A stretch of DNA of 63,125 bases, from the NCBI GenBank assembly GCA_035650735.1, contig DASRGZ010000035.1, positions 1 to 63,125 on the forward strand. Direction: 5' to 3'. The translations under genes were made by a program, and so were the position numbers. The notes beneath the pieces are model-generated. The model was not told the origin of the DNA and did not search any database. It worked only from the letters and a program-made list of their open reading frames with translations. Source of the stretch: Chthonomonadaceae bacterium (GTDB lineage: Bacteria > Armatimonadota > Chthonomonadetes > Chthonomonadales > Chthonomonadaceae). Below are positions 37,334 to 46,346 of this stretch, piece after piece; the stretch's first letter is position 1; each line of letters starts with the position of its first letter.

Positions 37334-37594
37334 TAACGGCGCTCCGCGATCATGGTTTCTGAAATTGGTTGGCCCTGGATCGGAACGGGCGGGCGCTCCT
37401 GGCGAATGACCATCGGCGGACGCTTGACCTCTTTAACCAGACCCGACTGCTCCAAAACCCGGAGTGCCGCTTCTCGCTCGGCCTCACGGGAAGCCAGCTC
37501 CAGCAGCGCGCACGGTCTGCTCTACAGCGCGTAGCTCGTCCGGCTGCAATGTCTTGATTTCCTCCAGGATACGGGCGAGTGTCGCTTGCGCCAT
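37333..37594 (-). pseudogene. VapB-like antitoxin, frameshifted
   Basis: MAQATLARILEEIKTL...GLVKEVK...QGQPISETMIAERR; 262 nt, needs 2 extra nt in the GCGCGC run at 37506-37511. Confidence 0.65.
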
Positions 37595-37622
37595 GTTGGT
37601 TTCTTTCTGTCGGCTGCTAGCT

Positions 37623-38165
37623 TTATTTGACCGGCTCGGCGTTGCGCTCGATTACGCCCACGGAGGAAGCGGGAATGGTCGCGCTCAGCGGCGCGGGCTC
37701 CAGCAGCATCTCTTTGGTGTAGAGCAGGTCTTCGCGGGTGTAGTCGGATAGCTCGAAGTCCTTGCGCAGAACGATGGCTCCGGTCGGGCAAGCATCCTGA
37801 CAGTAGCCGCAGAAGATGCAGCGGAGCATGTTGATCTCATACTTGACGGCGTACCGCTCACCCGGCGAGAAGCGCGCCTCGTCGGTGTTCTCGGCGGCCT
37901 CGACATAGATGCAGCGCGCCGGGCAGGCGCCCGCGCACAGGCTGCACCCGATGCACTTCTCCAGGCCGTTATCGTAGCGGGTGAGGACGTGCCGCCAACG
38001 GGTGCGCGGGTACTGTTCCCGCCGCTCCTCCGGGTACTGGACCGTCACGACCGAGCGCGGGTTGGCAAGGTGCTCCATATAGTGCTTGAGCGTAATGCTC
38101 ATGCCGGTCGTCAGCGCCTTCGCGCCGCTAATGGTATTGCTAATGGTGTTGCTCAGGAATCCCAT
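37623..38165 (-). CDS. nuoI: NADH-quinone oxidoreductase subunit I
   Basis: [18 protein letters not shown] and [12 protein letters not shown] (two [4Fe-4S] clusters). Confidence 0.95.
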   Translation of the reverse strand: MGFLSNTISNTISGAKALTTGMSITLKHYMEHLANPRSVVTVQYPEERREQYPRTRWRHVLTRYDNGLEKCIGCSLCAGACPARCIYVEAAENTDEARFSPGERYAVKYEINMLRCIFCGYCQDACPTGAIVLRKDFELSDYTREDLLYTKEMLLEPAPLSATIPASSVGVIERNAEPVK

Positions 38166-38168
38166 CGC

Positions 38169-38741
38169 CTACCCCCTCGCCGTTTCCGCCGGACGCTTGA
38201 AGATCGGTTCCAGTTCGATCAATTTGCCGGAACTGCCCGCTTTGATCTTTTCTTGTAGCTTGATGACCCCGTAGATCAGCGCATCCGGGCTGGGCGGACA
38301 GCCGGGCACATAGACATCCACCGGCACGATCTGATCCACGCCCTGGATGATCGCGTAGTTGTTGTAGACGCCGCCGGTTGAGGCGCACGCTCCCATGCTG
38401 ATGACCCATTTCGGGTTGGGCATCTGGTCGTAAATCTGGCGCAACACCGGCCCCATCTTGGTGGAGACGCGCCCGGCCACGATCATCACGTCGGCCTGGC
38501 GTGGGGTAGCGCGGAAGACCTCGGCCCCGAAGCGGCTCAGGTCAAAGCGCGACGACACCGCCGCCATCATCTCAATAGCGCAGCAGGCCAGCCCGAACGT
38601 GAGCGGCCACAGGCTGTTGCGGCGCGCCCAATTGACCAGTTCATCCAGTTTTGCCAGCACAACCGGCGAGCCGCCCGGACCAAACGAGGGCGTCGGCGTC
38701 GCGGAGTCATGCACAGAGATTTCGGTCACCGTTCGCGCCAT
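38169..38741 (-). CDS. nuoB: NADH-quinone oxidoreductase subunit B
   Basis: [17 protein letters not shown] and [10 protein letters not shown] motifs. Confidence 0.96.
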   Translation of the reverse strand: MARTVTEISVHDSATPTPSFGPGGSPVVLAKLDELVNWARRNSLWPLTFGLACCAIEMMAAVSSRFDLSRFGAEVFRATPRQADVMIVAGRVSTKMGPVLRQIYDQMPNPKWVISMGACASTGGVYNNYAIIQGVDQIVPVDVYVPGCPPSPDALIYGVIKLQEKIKAGSSGKLIELEPIFKRPAETARG

Positions 38742-38892
38742 ACGCGTTGCTCCTCTCTATCTTCTTCGCGCCCCTGTATACGTAGCGGGGCCGCGAAAGT
38801 GCGCAATTTCACAATTTATTGTACCGCATGGCCGCACACCGACGCAAGCATTCACAATGAAACCACCCACTACGATAGAAAGGCCAAAAACC

Positions 38893-39056
38893 TCAACAGG
38901 ATGAACAGGATGAGACAGGATTAAACAGGATTTCTAAAACCTGCCCAGCCAACCGAATTCCTGTTCCTCTGGACTTCAAGCGGACTGGAAGGCTTCTGTC
39001 TCTCTAGCCCTAATCCTGTAAATCCTGCAAAATCCTGTTCATCCTGTTGAAAGGGT
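38893..39056. repeat. ACAGGAT 9-mer palindromic MITE
   Basis: caacaggatgaacaggat...atcctgttcatcctgttgaaaggg; inverted copy of 29545-29683. Confidence 0.8.
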
Positions 39057-39079
39057 TTTCCAGCGTAGCGGGTGGTTCC

Positions 39080-40801
39080 TTATGCCTTTTTGATATAGCG
39101 CAGCGGCGGACGCGTGTTGCGTCCGTGTCCTTTTGGCTCGATGTCGGACAGGTAGAGCGCGGTGGCGTAGACGTCGCCGTGATCGGGAATGGAGGACTGC
39201 GGACTCTTCTGACGGCCAGGCTTAAGTTCCCCGGTCATGGGATCGTAGGCCGGGTCGAGGGAGCCGTCCGGCAGGAGCGGGATAGGCAACAGTGTGCGCT
39301 CGCCTACACCGCCGTACTGCGAATTGCCCTTGACCTTGCCGCCCAGGAACGCCGCCGAGGTCACCTTCCAGTGCTGGGAGATGTCCTGGCCGTCAATCAT
39401 CTTCTGCTTATCCGCTTCCGGAATCTTCATCGCGAGGATGGCGTCCACGTCGCCCTTAATGGTGCGCCCGAACTCAGAAGTAAGGACGATGGTGGTGAAA
39501 TCGAACAGGCTCTTGCCGGTATTTTTGTAAGGCGTGGCCTTGAGTAGCTCGACCAGTGTGTTGAGCGGCTTCCAGAGCTGTTCGTTCATCATGCGGGTCT
39601 GGTCCGGCTGGCCGCGCGGCGTGCGGCGGTCTTTTTCCCACAGGCTGCGGCGGTCAAAGTGGCTGTCGAACTCGCGGATGTTGCGCGTCTCGATGAAGAA
39701 GGCGCAGGAGAGCCCGGCCCGCATCATCTCGTAGGTCATCATGGCCTGAACGTTGACGGCGGGCGAGAACTTGGTGCGCGCCTTGTTGCCGTTGACGCTG
39801 GTATAGGTGATCAGCTCATCTTCCGGCTTGATGTCGAACTTGGCGCGCAGGACGGGATCGGCGAACAGGCGGGAGAGCATTCCCTTGTCGAGCCGCCGCC
39901 CGGCGCTTGCCAGGCTCTCGTAGATATTGCAGGCCGAGTCGAAGCTCTTGATGACCTCAACATCGGCGTCGCGGCGCAGGTGCGGGTGCATGTTGTCCAG
40001 GAACTTCTCTATCTGGCGGTTGACCGTATCGCTGGAGGCCGCCTGCATCCGCAGCAGGAAGCTTTTGAGGTTGGCGGGCGTCCCGGCATAGATGGTGTGC
40101 GCCCAGGCCGGGCCGAGGTTGGCGTAGTAGCCCTTGCGCCCGGTGTACTGCTGCTCGTTGAGTTCGCCGTCGGAAAGCCAGTAGTGCCAGGAGAGATGCG
40201 GCAGGACGTAGGGCTGGCCGTAGACCTCCGCAAACGCCTGCATGACGCTGCGCTCGTCGTCCTGGCGGTCGGCCTGAAGGCGCAGGTCGTAGGAACCCAT
40301 GTGGACGCGCAGCCGGTCGCCGGAGTGGAACTCGCCCGTCTCCATCGAGCTTAGCACGGCCATATCGGGGAACAGGTTTTTGCCATGCTCGGCCAGATAG
40401 CCGTAGCGGATGTTGCCCTGCTTGTAGATGCCGTAGCCCGGCTCGCCGAAGTGGAGGACGCGGTAGGTCTCCTTGCTGATCTGGTCGGGAGGCAGGCGGT
40501 GGATGACGTTGTTGGGCGTGACGACGGGGCTGAACATGTCGTAGCTTTCCCAGCCGCCCTCAATATACCAGTAGATGAGGAAGTGCGGATTGTCGTTGGC
40601 TCGCGCCGCCTCGCGCGCCGTCCGGCGCGTCTTGTCCGGCAGTGGGCTTCCATAGGCGTGGAAATAGCTCAAAAAGTCCAGCGCCGAAATAGAGGTCGCC
40701 GTCATCAGCGCTTTTTGCATAAAGCTGCGCCGCGTCATCGGATGTCGCGTCTGGGCGGGCGCGAGGATCGGCTTCCCATATTCACAATGCGTCTCACTCA
40801 T
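39080..40801 (-). CDS. DUF1501-family protein with a Tat signal
   Basis: TRRSFMQK; YIEGGWESYDMFSP; FDSH; TTIVLTSEFGRT; GGKVKG motifs. Confidence 0.8.
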   Translation of the reverse strand: MSETHCEYGKPILAPAQTRHPMTRRSFMQKALMTATSISALDFLSYFHAYGSPLPDKTRRTAREAARANDNPHFLIYWYIEGGWESYDMFSPVVTPNNVIHRLPPDQISKETYRVLHFGEPGYGIYKQGNIRYGYLAEHGKNLFPDMAVLSSMETGEFHSGDRLRVHMGSYDLRLQADRQDDERSVMQAFAEVYGQPYVLPHLSWHYWLSDGELNEQQYTGRKGYYANLGPAWAHTIYAGTPANLKSFLLRMQAASSDTVNRQIEKFLDNMHPHLRRDADVEVIKSFDSACNIYESLASAGRRLDKGMLSRLFADPVLRAKFDIKPEDELITYTSVNGNKARTKFSPAVNVQAMMTYEMMRAGLSCAFFIETRNIREFDSHFDRRSLWEKDRRTPRGQPDQTRMMNEQLWKPLNTLVELLKATPYKNTGKSLFDFTTIVLTSEFGRTIKGDVDAILAMKIPEADKQKMIDGQDISQHWKVTSAAFLGGKVKGNSQYGGVGERTLLPIPLLPDGSLDPAYDPMTGELKPGRQKSPQSSIPDHGDVYATALYLSDIEPKGHGRNTRPPLRYIKKA

Positions 40802-40926
40802 AACAAGCCCTCACATCTGCAAACGGTGTCTCTTCCTTACTTTATTAGAGGCGATTCCGGCACAGCAGTTACAGATTTATAAAATTGCATTCTCCAAAAC
40901 GCAGCCTGCGCCGTCCTACGGCATGA

Positions 40927-41525
40927 TCAGGCTTGCGCCGGCTCTTCTGTCGGGAAGGTGGCGCGGGCATAGATATCCGCCAATCGCAATTCGCAGCCGA
41001 TGACGTCCAGCGATACGGTGCTCTCCAGCGTCTCCGCGACGGTGTAGAGCCACGAATTATCCTCCTGCCGCTGGTAACCTCCACGCTTGGCCGCTTCTGT
41101 GCCACCAGCACATAGGTCGTCAGCGAGGCCAGCGTCCGATAGCAGGCAAATTTCTCGCCCCGGTCGGCAGCCTCGGTTGTATCGGAGAGAACTTCGATAA
41201 TCAGCGTCGGATTGAGCAGGGTATCGAGATGGCTATCCTCAAACTGCGGCTCGCCGCAGACGACGGCCACATCCGGGTAGTCGTATTTATCGCACGCCGG
41301 CACGCGCACGCGCAGATCGTTGGCGAACGGCTCGCAAGATGTCCCCTCTAACTGGTTCGCAAGATGCCGAATTAGATTGACGGTGATGCGGTTATGTCCT
41401 TTGGATGCGCCCGCCATGGCGACGATGCGTCCGCCATGATACTCACTTTTGGTCTCTGCCTTGCGCTCGTGCGCCAGGTACTCCTGCGGCGAGATGCGCG
41501 GCACAACTTTTTCGGCAACGACCAT
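40927..41525 (-). pseudogene. Uma2/DUF820 endonuclease, frameshifted near 41077
   Basis: EYHGGRIVAMAGAS..H, YPDVAVVC and LIIEVLS motifs; the C-terminus YQRQEDNSW..LRLADIY is in another frame. Confidence 0.8.
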
Positions 41526-41678
41526 CGTTCCACCTCTTCTATGGTATTAGAGCATCCCTCCTAAAAACGCAGGCAAGATTGCGGAAACGCGGTCGGGTAT
41601 GTGTTTCTGTCTTACGACGTGCAATCGCTGTGCCATCGTTGAGGTATTCGAAACGGAGGCAATGCGCTGCTGAGACCT

Positions 41679-41966
41679 TTAAGCTTTAGGCAGGATGCCG
41701 ACATCCTCCAACGTCTGTGCCGTCGCCGCCACAGGCAGCCAGGCGTTCATGGTCTCCACATTCGCCGCGTTTATGGCAGTCTGTATCTCCGGCGGCAGCG
41801 GCCCAAACCGCGCCGTCAGCACGGTTATCAGCGTTTCGCGGGTGGCCTGCTCCCTACCGCGCGCTTCTGCCTCTGGCGCGACACGCGCCGTCACCTCTGC
41901 TGTCACTTCTCTTCTGACACGCTTCGTGATACGTTCCTCCACGACCTGTGCCATTGTCTTGGTCAT
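41679..41966 (-). CDS. putative intragenic small Rpn antitoxin (RpnS-like)
   Basis: in-frame ATG (MTKTMAQ) preceded by AAAGGAG at 41976-41982. Confidence 0.55.
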   Translation of the reverse strand: MTKTMAQVVEERITKRVRREVTAEVTARVAPEAEARGREQATRETLITVLTARFGPLPPEIQTAINAANVETMNAWLPVAATAQTLEDVGILPKA

Positions 41967-42491
41967 CGCATCCAACTCCTTTCGTTCTCGGAATTTGGAT
42001 TGACGCGCCTGCTCGTGCAGCAACTGTTGCAGCGTTGTATAATCCCTGTCGGAACGCCGATGGTAAAACAAGAGGAGAAAATACCAGGCTACGCGCGTCC
42101 ATTGCCCCAACTGCTCCTCCGACAGCCCTTCCAGACCTGCCATCGCTTCCTGTAGAACGCGCTCCAACTGCGCAAGCGGCTCACGTTCCGCTTGTAATAC
42201 CCGTAACGCCCACCCCACCGCCGTCGCAAACTGAGTCAGCATCTCCGGCGGCGTGCGGTGCAGGTTCAAAAACAGGGTTTCCCACTGAGGAACGAACCGC
42301 TCCAATTCGGCAGGCACATCCATGATCTCTGTCAGACGGATCGGCGCGCTCCAGGCTTCCGTTCCCGTATAGAACACCAGCGGAATGATAGGATACAGGC
42401 GGCGCTGTTCCTCCGGCAGCTTTCTATCCTTCCACTCACGGCGCTGGTTATCCCACAGATGCATCATATAGGACAGCAGGCGCACCGCCAT
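41679..42491 (-). pseudogene. Rpn/YhgA-like nuclease, 5' truncated
   Basis: begins at DRTMAVRLLSYM..IIPLVFYTG; the EHQS and PD-(D/E)XK region is absent upstream; C-terminal ARFGPLP helical domain. Confidence 0.75.
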
Positions 42492-42637
42492 AGTTCGGTC
42501 CGATTGTTACTGATCCTGCCGACCGTCAACGCAGACGATCTTCCTGCGCCGGGCAAAGGCATTAGCTCTCTTTCTTCCACTCTACGGAAGAGAGGGAGAG
42601 AGGAAAGGTGTAGGCCCTGCCTCCATGCGGCATAGCG

Positions 42638-45600
42638 CTACCGTCGGGCCAGGTCGCGCGGCGGCGCGGGCCGGACGCGCGGCGGATTGGCGGGAGGGGC
42701 GAGGGCCGTGCCGCCATTGAGGTATTCCGGGCTGGTGAGCAGCGCGCGGATCAGGCCCTTGATGCTGTAGTGGTTGGCCTTTTCTGTATCCCACAGCCGC
42801 TTATAGAGGCCGCGCTCGTCCTTGTCGTAGCGCATCTCGCGCCCGAAGTAGAAGATAAAGTGCGTCTGGAGCAGGGTACGGATAAACCGCTCCTTGTGCT
42901 GCGCCTGGGTCGCGAACGCCTCCATGCCGTTGCCCTTGAACGGGTAGGACAGGACAAGCTGGTGGTCGCTGTCGTCAATGGGCTTGCCGTCGTCGTCTTT
43001 CTCCCGGTAGAGGCCCGCATCCGTCCAGCGCGTGCGCTGATAGGCCAGCGGCGTCAGGACCTGATGGCAGGAGTAGCAGACCGAGCTGGGGCTGGTCGTG
43101 GCGACGGCGGTGATGCCATCCCGCATCTTGACGATCTCCGCCGGCACCTCGAACACGTAGCCCAGGAACTTCTCGCAGACCTGCGCGGCATAGTTGAAGT
43201 GGGGCAGGCCCGGCTTGCCTTTAATGAAGCCTTTCATGGTCAGCACGCCGGTCTTGCCGTAGTAGGCCGGTCGGGATTGGCGCTTCCACTCGGCATCCAC
43301 CGTATAGTCTGCCGTCAGGATCTCCTTGAAGGGTCGGTTCTGGAAGGCGATGTAGCTCCAGAGGCGGGCCGGCTCGTCATCCTCATCCGTGCCGTGGCTC
43401 TCCAGGTAGAGGCGGATGCGGCGGAAGTAGAAGTCTTTGAACTCCTGCGTGTTGAGGTAATAGTCCACCAGGGACGCCAGCGACGCGCCCTGATCGAGCT
43501 TCTGAAGTTCGGCAGCAGTGGGCGTGCGGGCCACCAGATCCTGGGCGATCTTGACCAGTTGCAGGCGGCGGCGCGCTGCCGGGTCGCGGGTCGTAGCCAG
43601 CGCGAGCGGGCGCGTGAACAGAAAGTCGGGATGCTTCATCAGGGCGCGGCACAGGCCCTCCCAGGCCGCCTGCTGCGCCGTCATGGTCGGCACGGTCAGG
43701 GTCAGCTTTGCGGCGTGCGGGTCGGCAATCTTGACGAAGGCGCCTCCGGTCTGCCGCCAGGTAAATTGCAGCGGCGTGCGCTGGAGGTTATAGGAGCCGG
43801 TCGCGTCCAGGGTTAAGGCCGCGCCGACGTGGGCGTGCACCGGGTAGGCGATGCGGAGGATGGGCGACGACTTCTGTGCATGGACGGTAACCGGCACGTC
43901 GGTATCATGCTGTACCTCACCGGGATAGCCTACCTCCACGCGGTAATAGGCTTCCGGCTTCCACTCCCCGGCTTTGACCGCAGGCTTGTAGAGCAGGTGG
44001 AGCTTGCCTTTGAGGCTGCTGTCGTTTTCGTCGCTGACCACGCGCGGGCCGACCGGCTTGTAGACGATGAACTCGGCCTTGTGGTAGTCCTTCCACTGCT
44101 CCTGCCCGACGGCCTCTTTGGCCGGGACGAGGAAGGTCGCCGCGCCCGCCGAGGCGAGCCGAGCGCCCGGCGCGGGCACCGGCACGAACTTGACCGCATC
44201 GGCGACGACCCGCTTGCGCGTGCCCGCGTTGGTGATCTCGACGCCGTCGCCCGGCCCGAACTGGAATGCGGTTTTGAGGTCGGCAAAGGTGATGGTGTCG
44301 TCGCTCTCGTCAATGGCGAAGTGGGCCTCGCCTTTGGGCGGGATCGGCGCGGGCGCGGGCGCCGCCAGACGGCTTTTATCGCGCGATTGGACTTCGACCA
44401 GGACATTATCCGCGTCGCCGCGCCCATCCCCTTTGCGCCAGAGCAGGGAGAGATCGTACTGCCCGTCTTTGGTCACGCCGACGGGGATCACCAGGCTGCT
44501 GGCGCCCTTGTTCTGGTTCTCGTCCTCGTAGTAGGCCAATCCGTCACGGTCGCGCCGCCGCCAGGCGCCCTGCGGCTGCACCGAGGGGTCGGTGATGGGG
44601 ATCACGCGCGTTGGGCCGTCGGGCAGCGGGCCGCGCACCTCCAGGCCATAGACGACCACGTTGCCATGCGTATTGATATTGGAGATAGTGACGCGCTGCT
44701 CCGGGTCGTTGGCCTTGAAGGTGAAGGGGCCGTTCAGCCGGCGCCGGGCGATCTTCTCCTTCTCGCCGACGCCGCTGACGTCGTTCTCGTTGACGAGGGT
44801 CTGGCCTAGACCGTAGGCATCGTTGGCGACGCGCACGCGAATGTCCTGCGCGGTGGTCAGGCCGCGCTCGTCGCGGGCCGTTAACTCAAATTGCAGGTCA
44901 TAGCCCTGCGCGGCGATCTCTTTCTGCGCCCGGTAGATGTTTTGGAGAAACTGGAAGGAGGATTGCATCTCGGAGGGCGTGGCGTCGCGGAAGAGCATCT
45001 TCTGGTAGAGCCGGTTGATCTCGCGCTTGTAGGCGGCATCGGGCGCGGCCATCGTGAGCGGTGAGGGCAGGTTCCGGGCGCGGCCGGCGAAGGGACCGGT
45101 GGCGTTCAAATAGGCACGGCTTGCCACATCGCGCGACATCGTATCTACGCCCGCAAGGAACTGCGCGGTCGGCTTGGTGCTCTCGTTGAAGCTGCGCACG
45201 AAGTCCGCGCCCCCGAACTGGGCCAGGTTCTCCTCGAACAGGTCTTTATCGCCGCGCCGCCAATCATCATTAAAGATTGCCTTGATCTTGCCGCGCAACT
45301 GATAGTAGCTGAGGAAGGTATTATCCATGCCGCCGGCTTTTCGGCCCTTGTAGGGAGTCAAGAGCGAGGCGGGGAACATTTCGTCGAGTTTCGGGCCGCC
45401 CTTCTGCCGCTTCGCGTAAAGGTCATTGACGAAGGCACGCAGGACGGCGATCTCGGCGTCCGTCCAGGGCTTGAACGGCGCTGGCGGCATTTTCGTGGTC
45501 TTATCGGGCGAGGTCACGCGCGCCAACAGCCCTGCCGGGTTTTCAGGATCGAAATGGCCGTCGGTGAGCATAGCCTTGAAATTCTGGTCCGGGTCTTTGA

Positions 45601-45868
45601 CGAAATGAAGCTGGGAGGGATTGGTAGCGTTGTGACAGACGGTGCACTGGCTCTCCTGGCGCGTCAGCAGCGGCCATATCTCGGCCTGGAACCGCTTTCC
45701 GAAGCCGTCCAGTTCCTGCGGCGAATAGCCGCTTACCGGCGCTATCGGCCTGGGCTTGGCCTTGCCTGCCTGATAGGCGCGGCTGCTCGAACCAAACCCA
45801 CAGACGATAAATAGCCCAATGGTCAGCGTTACACCCAGAAAATGAAGAGCGCGCTCTCTTCGCAGCAT
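42638..45868 (-). CDS. large secreted c-type cytochrome-like protein (PSD1-like, PKD and golvesin-like domains)
   Basis: signal peptide; CTVCH..KMPP and CYSCH; LFRDATPSE..AWEGLCRALM..FLF; LIRALLTSPEY; RBS ggagagg. Confidence 0.75.
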   Translation of the reverse strand: MLRRERALHFLGVTLTIGLFIVCGFGSSSRAYQAGKAKPRPIAPVSGYSPQELDGFGKRFQAEIWPLLTRQESQCTVCHNATNPSQLHFVKDPDQNFKAMLTDGHFDPENPAGLLARVTSPDKTTKMPPAPFKPWTDAEIAVLRAFVNDLYAKRQKGGPKLDEMFPASLLTPYKGRKAGGMDNTFLSYYQLRGKIKAIFNDDWRRGDKDLFEENLAQFGGADFVRSFNESTKPTAQFLAGVDTMSRDVASRAYLNATGPFAGRARNLPSPLTMAAPDAAYKREINRLYQKMLFRDATPSEMQSSFQFLQNIYRAQKEIAAQGYDLQFELTARDERGLTTAQDIRVRVANDAYGLGQTLVNENDVSGVGEKEKIARRRLNGPFTFKANDPEQRVTISNINTHGNVVVYGLEVRGPLPDGPTRVIPITDPSVQPQGAWRRRDRDGLAYYEDENQNKGASSLVIPVGVTKDGQYDLSLLWRKGDGRGDADNVLVEVQSRDKSRLAAPAPAPIPPKGEAHFAIDESDDTITFADLKTAFQFGPGDGVEITNAGTRKRVVADAVKFVPVPAPGARLASAGAATFLVPAKEAVGQEQWKDYHKAEFIVYKPVGPRVVSDENDSSLKGKLHLLYKPAVKAGEWKPEAYYRVEVGYPGEVQHDTDVPVTVHAQKSSPILRIAYPVHAHVGAALTLDATGSYNLQRTPLQFTWRQTGGAFVKIADPHAAKLTLTVPTMTAQQAAWEGLCRALMKHPDFLFTRPLALATTRDPAARRRLQLVKIAQDLVARTPTAAELQKLDQGASLASLVDYYLNTQEFKDFYFRRIRLYLESHGTDEDDEPARLWSYIAFQNRPFKEILTADYTVDAEWKRQSRPAYYGKTGVLTMKGFIKGKPGLPHFNYAAQVCEKFLGYVFEVPAEIVKMRDGITAVATTSPSSVCYSCHQVLTPLAYQRTRWTDAGLYREKDDDGKPIDDSDHQLVLSYPFKGNGMEAFATQAQHKERFIRTLLQTHFIFYFGREMRYDKDERGLYKRLWDTEKANHYSIKGLIRALLTSPEYLNGGTALAPPANPPRVRPAPPRDLARR

Positions 45869-45894
45869 ACTTGCATCCTCTCCTAGCAAAATGA

Positions 45895-46026
45895 CCGGGC
45901 ACTGAAAGTACCCGTCTCTAGGGCGGCTACGCCGCCAAGCGTCCTCCGGACGCTCCCTTTAGCCAGAGGCTCCGTCCGGTAGGACGGTTGGCCGTCAGGC
46001 CCTATAGACGGGGGTTTTCACCCCGG
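45895..46026. repeat. palindromic MITE/REP-like element (same family as 20173-20325)
   Basis: ccgggcactgaaagtacccgtctctagggc...gccctatagacggggttttcaccccgg. Confidence 0.8.
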
Positions 46027-46029
46027 CAT

Positions 46030-46345
46030 TGGAGGGCTGCGCCGCCAAGCGTCCTTACGGACGCCTACCTCACCCCCGGCCCCTCTCCTTCTCAAGGAGA
46101 GGGAGGGCTCTAACTCCTAGGTTCTTCCGTATTCCCTTCTCTCCCCTCATCCCCGTCCCTTCTCCCTGCAAGGCAGAAGGGAGACGAGAAGCCAACCCTG
46201 ACTCTCCCCTCCCCTGTTGTTGGGGTCGCAAGGTGTCGCAAGGCGGAGGCAAGGGCCGTACCCTTGCAGTGGCCCGAACCATTGTAGGGCCGACCCTGGC
46301 AGTCCATTGCAGGCCCGACCCTGGCAATAGGGGCTGGGGATGGGG
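46030..46345. repeat. stack of three repeat families
   Basis: half copy of the 20173 family, cctcacccccggcccctctcc palindromes, and gccgaccctggca units. Confidence 0.7.
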
Positions 46346-46346
46346 G

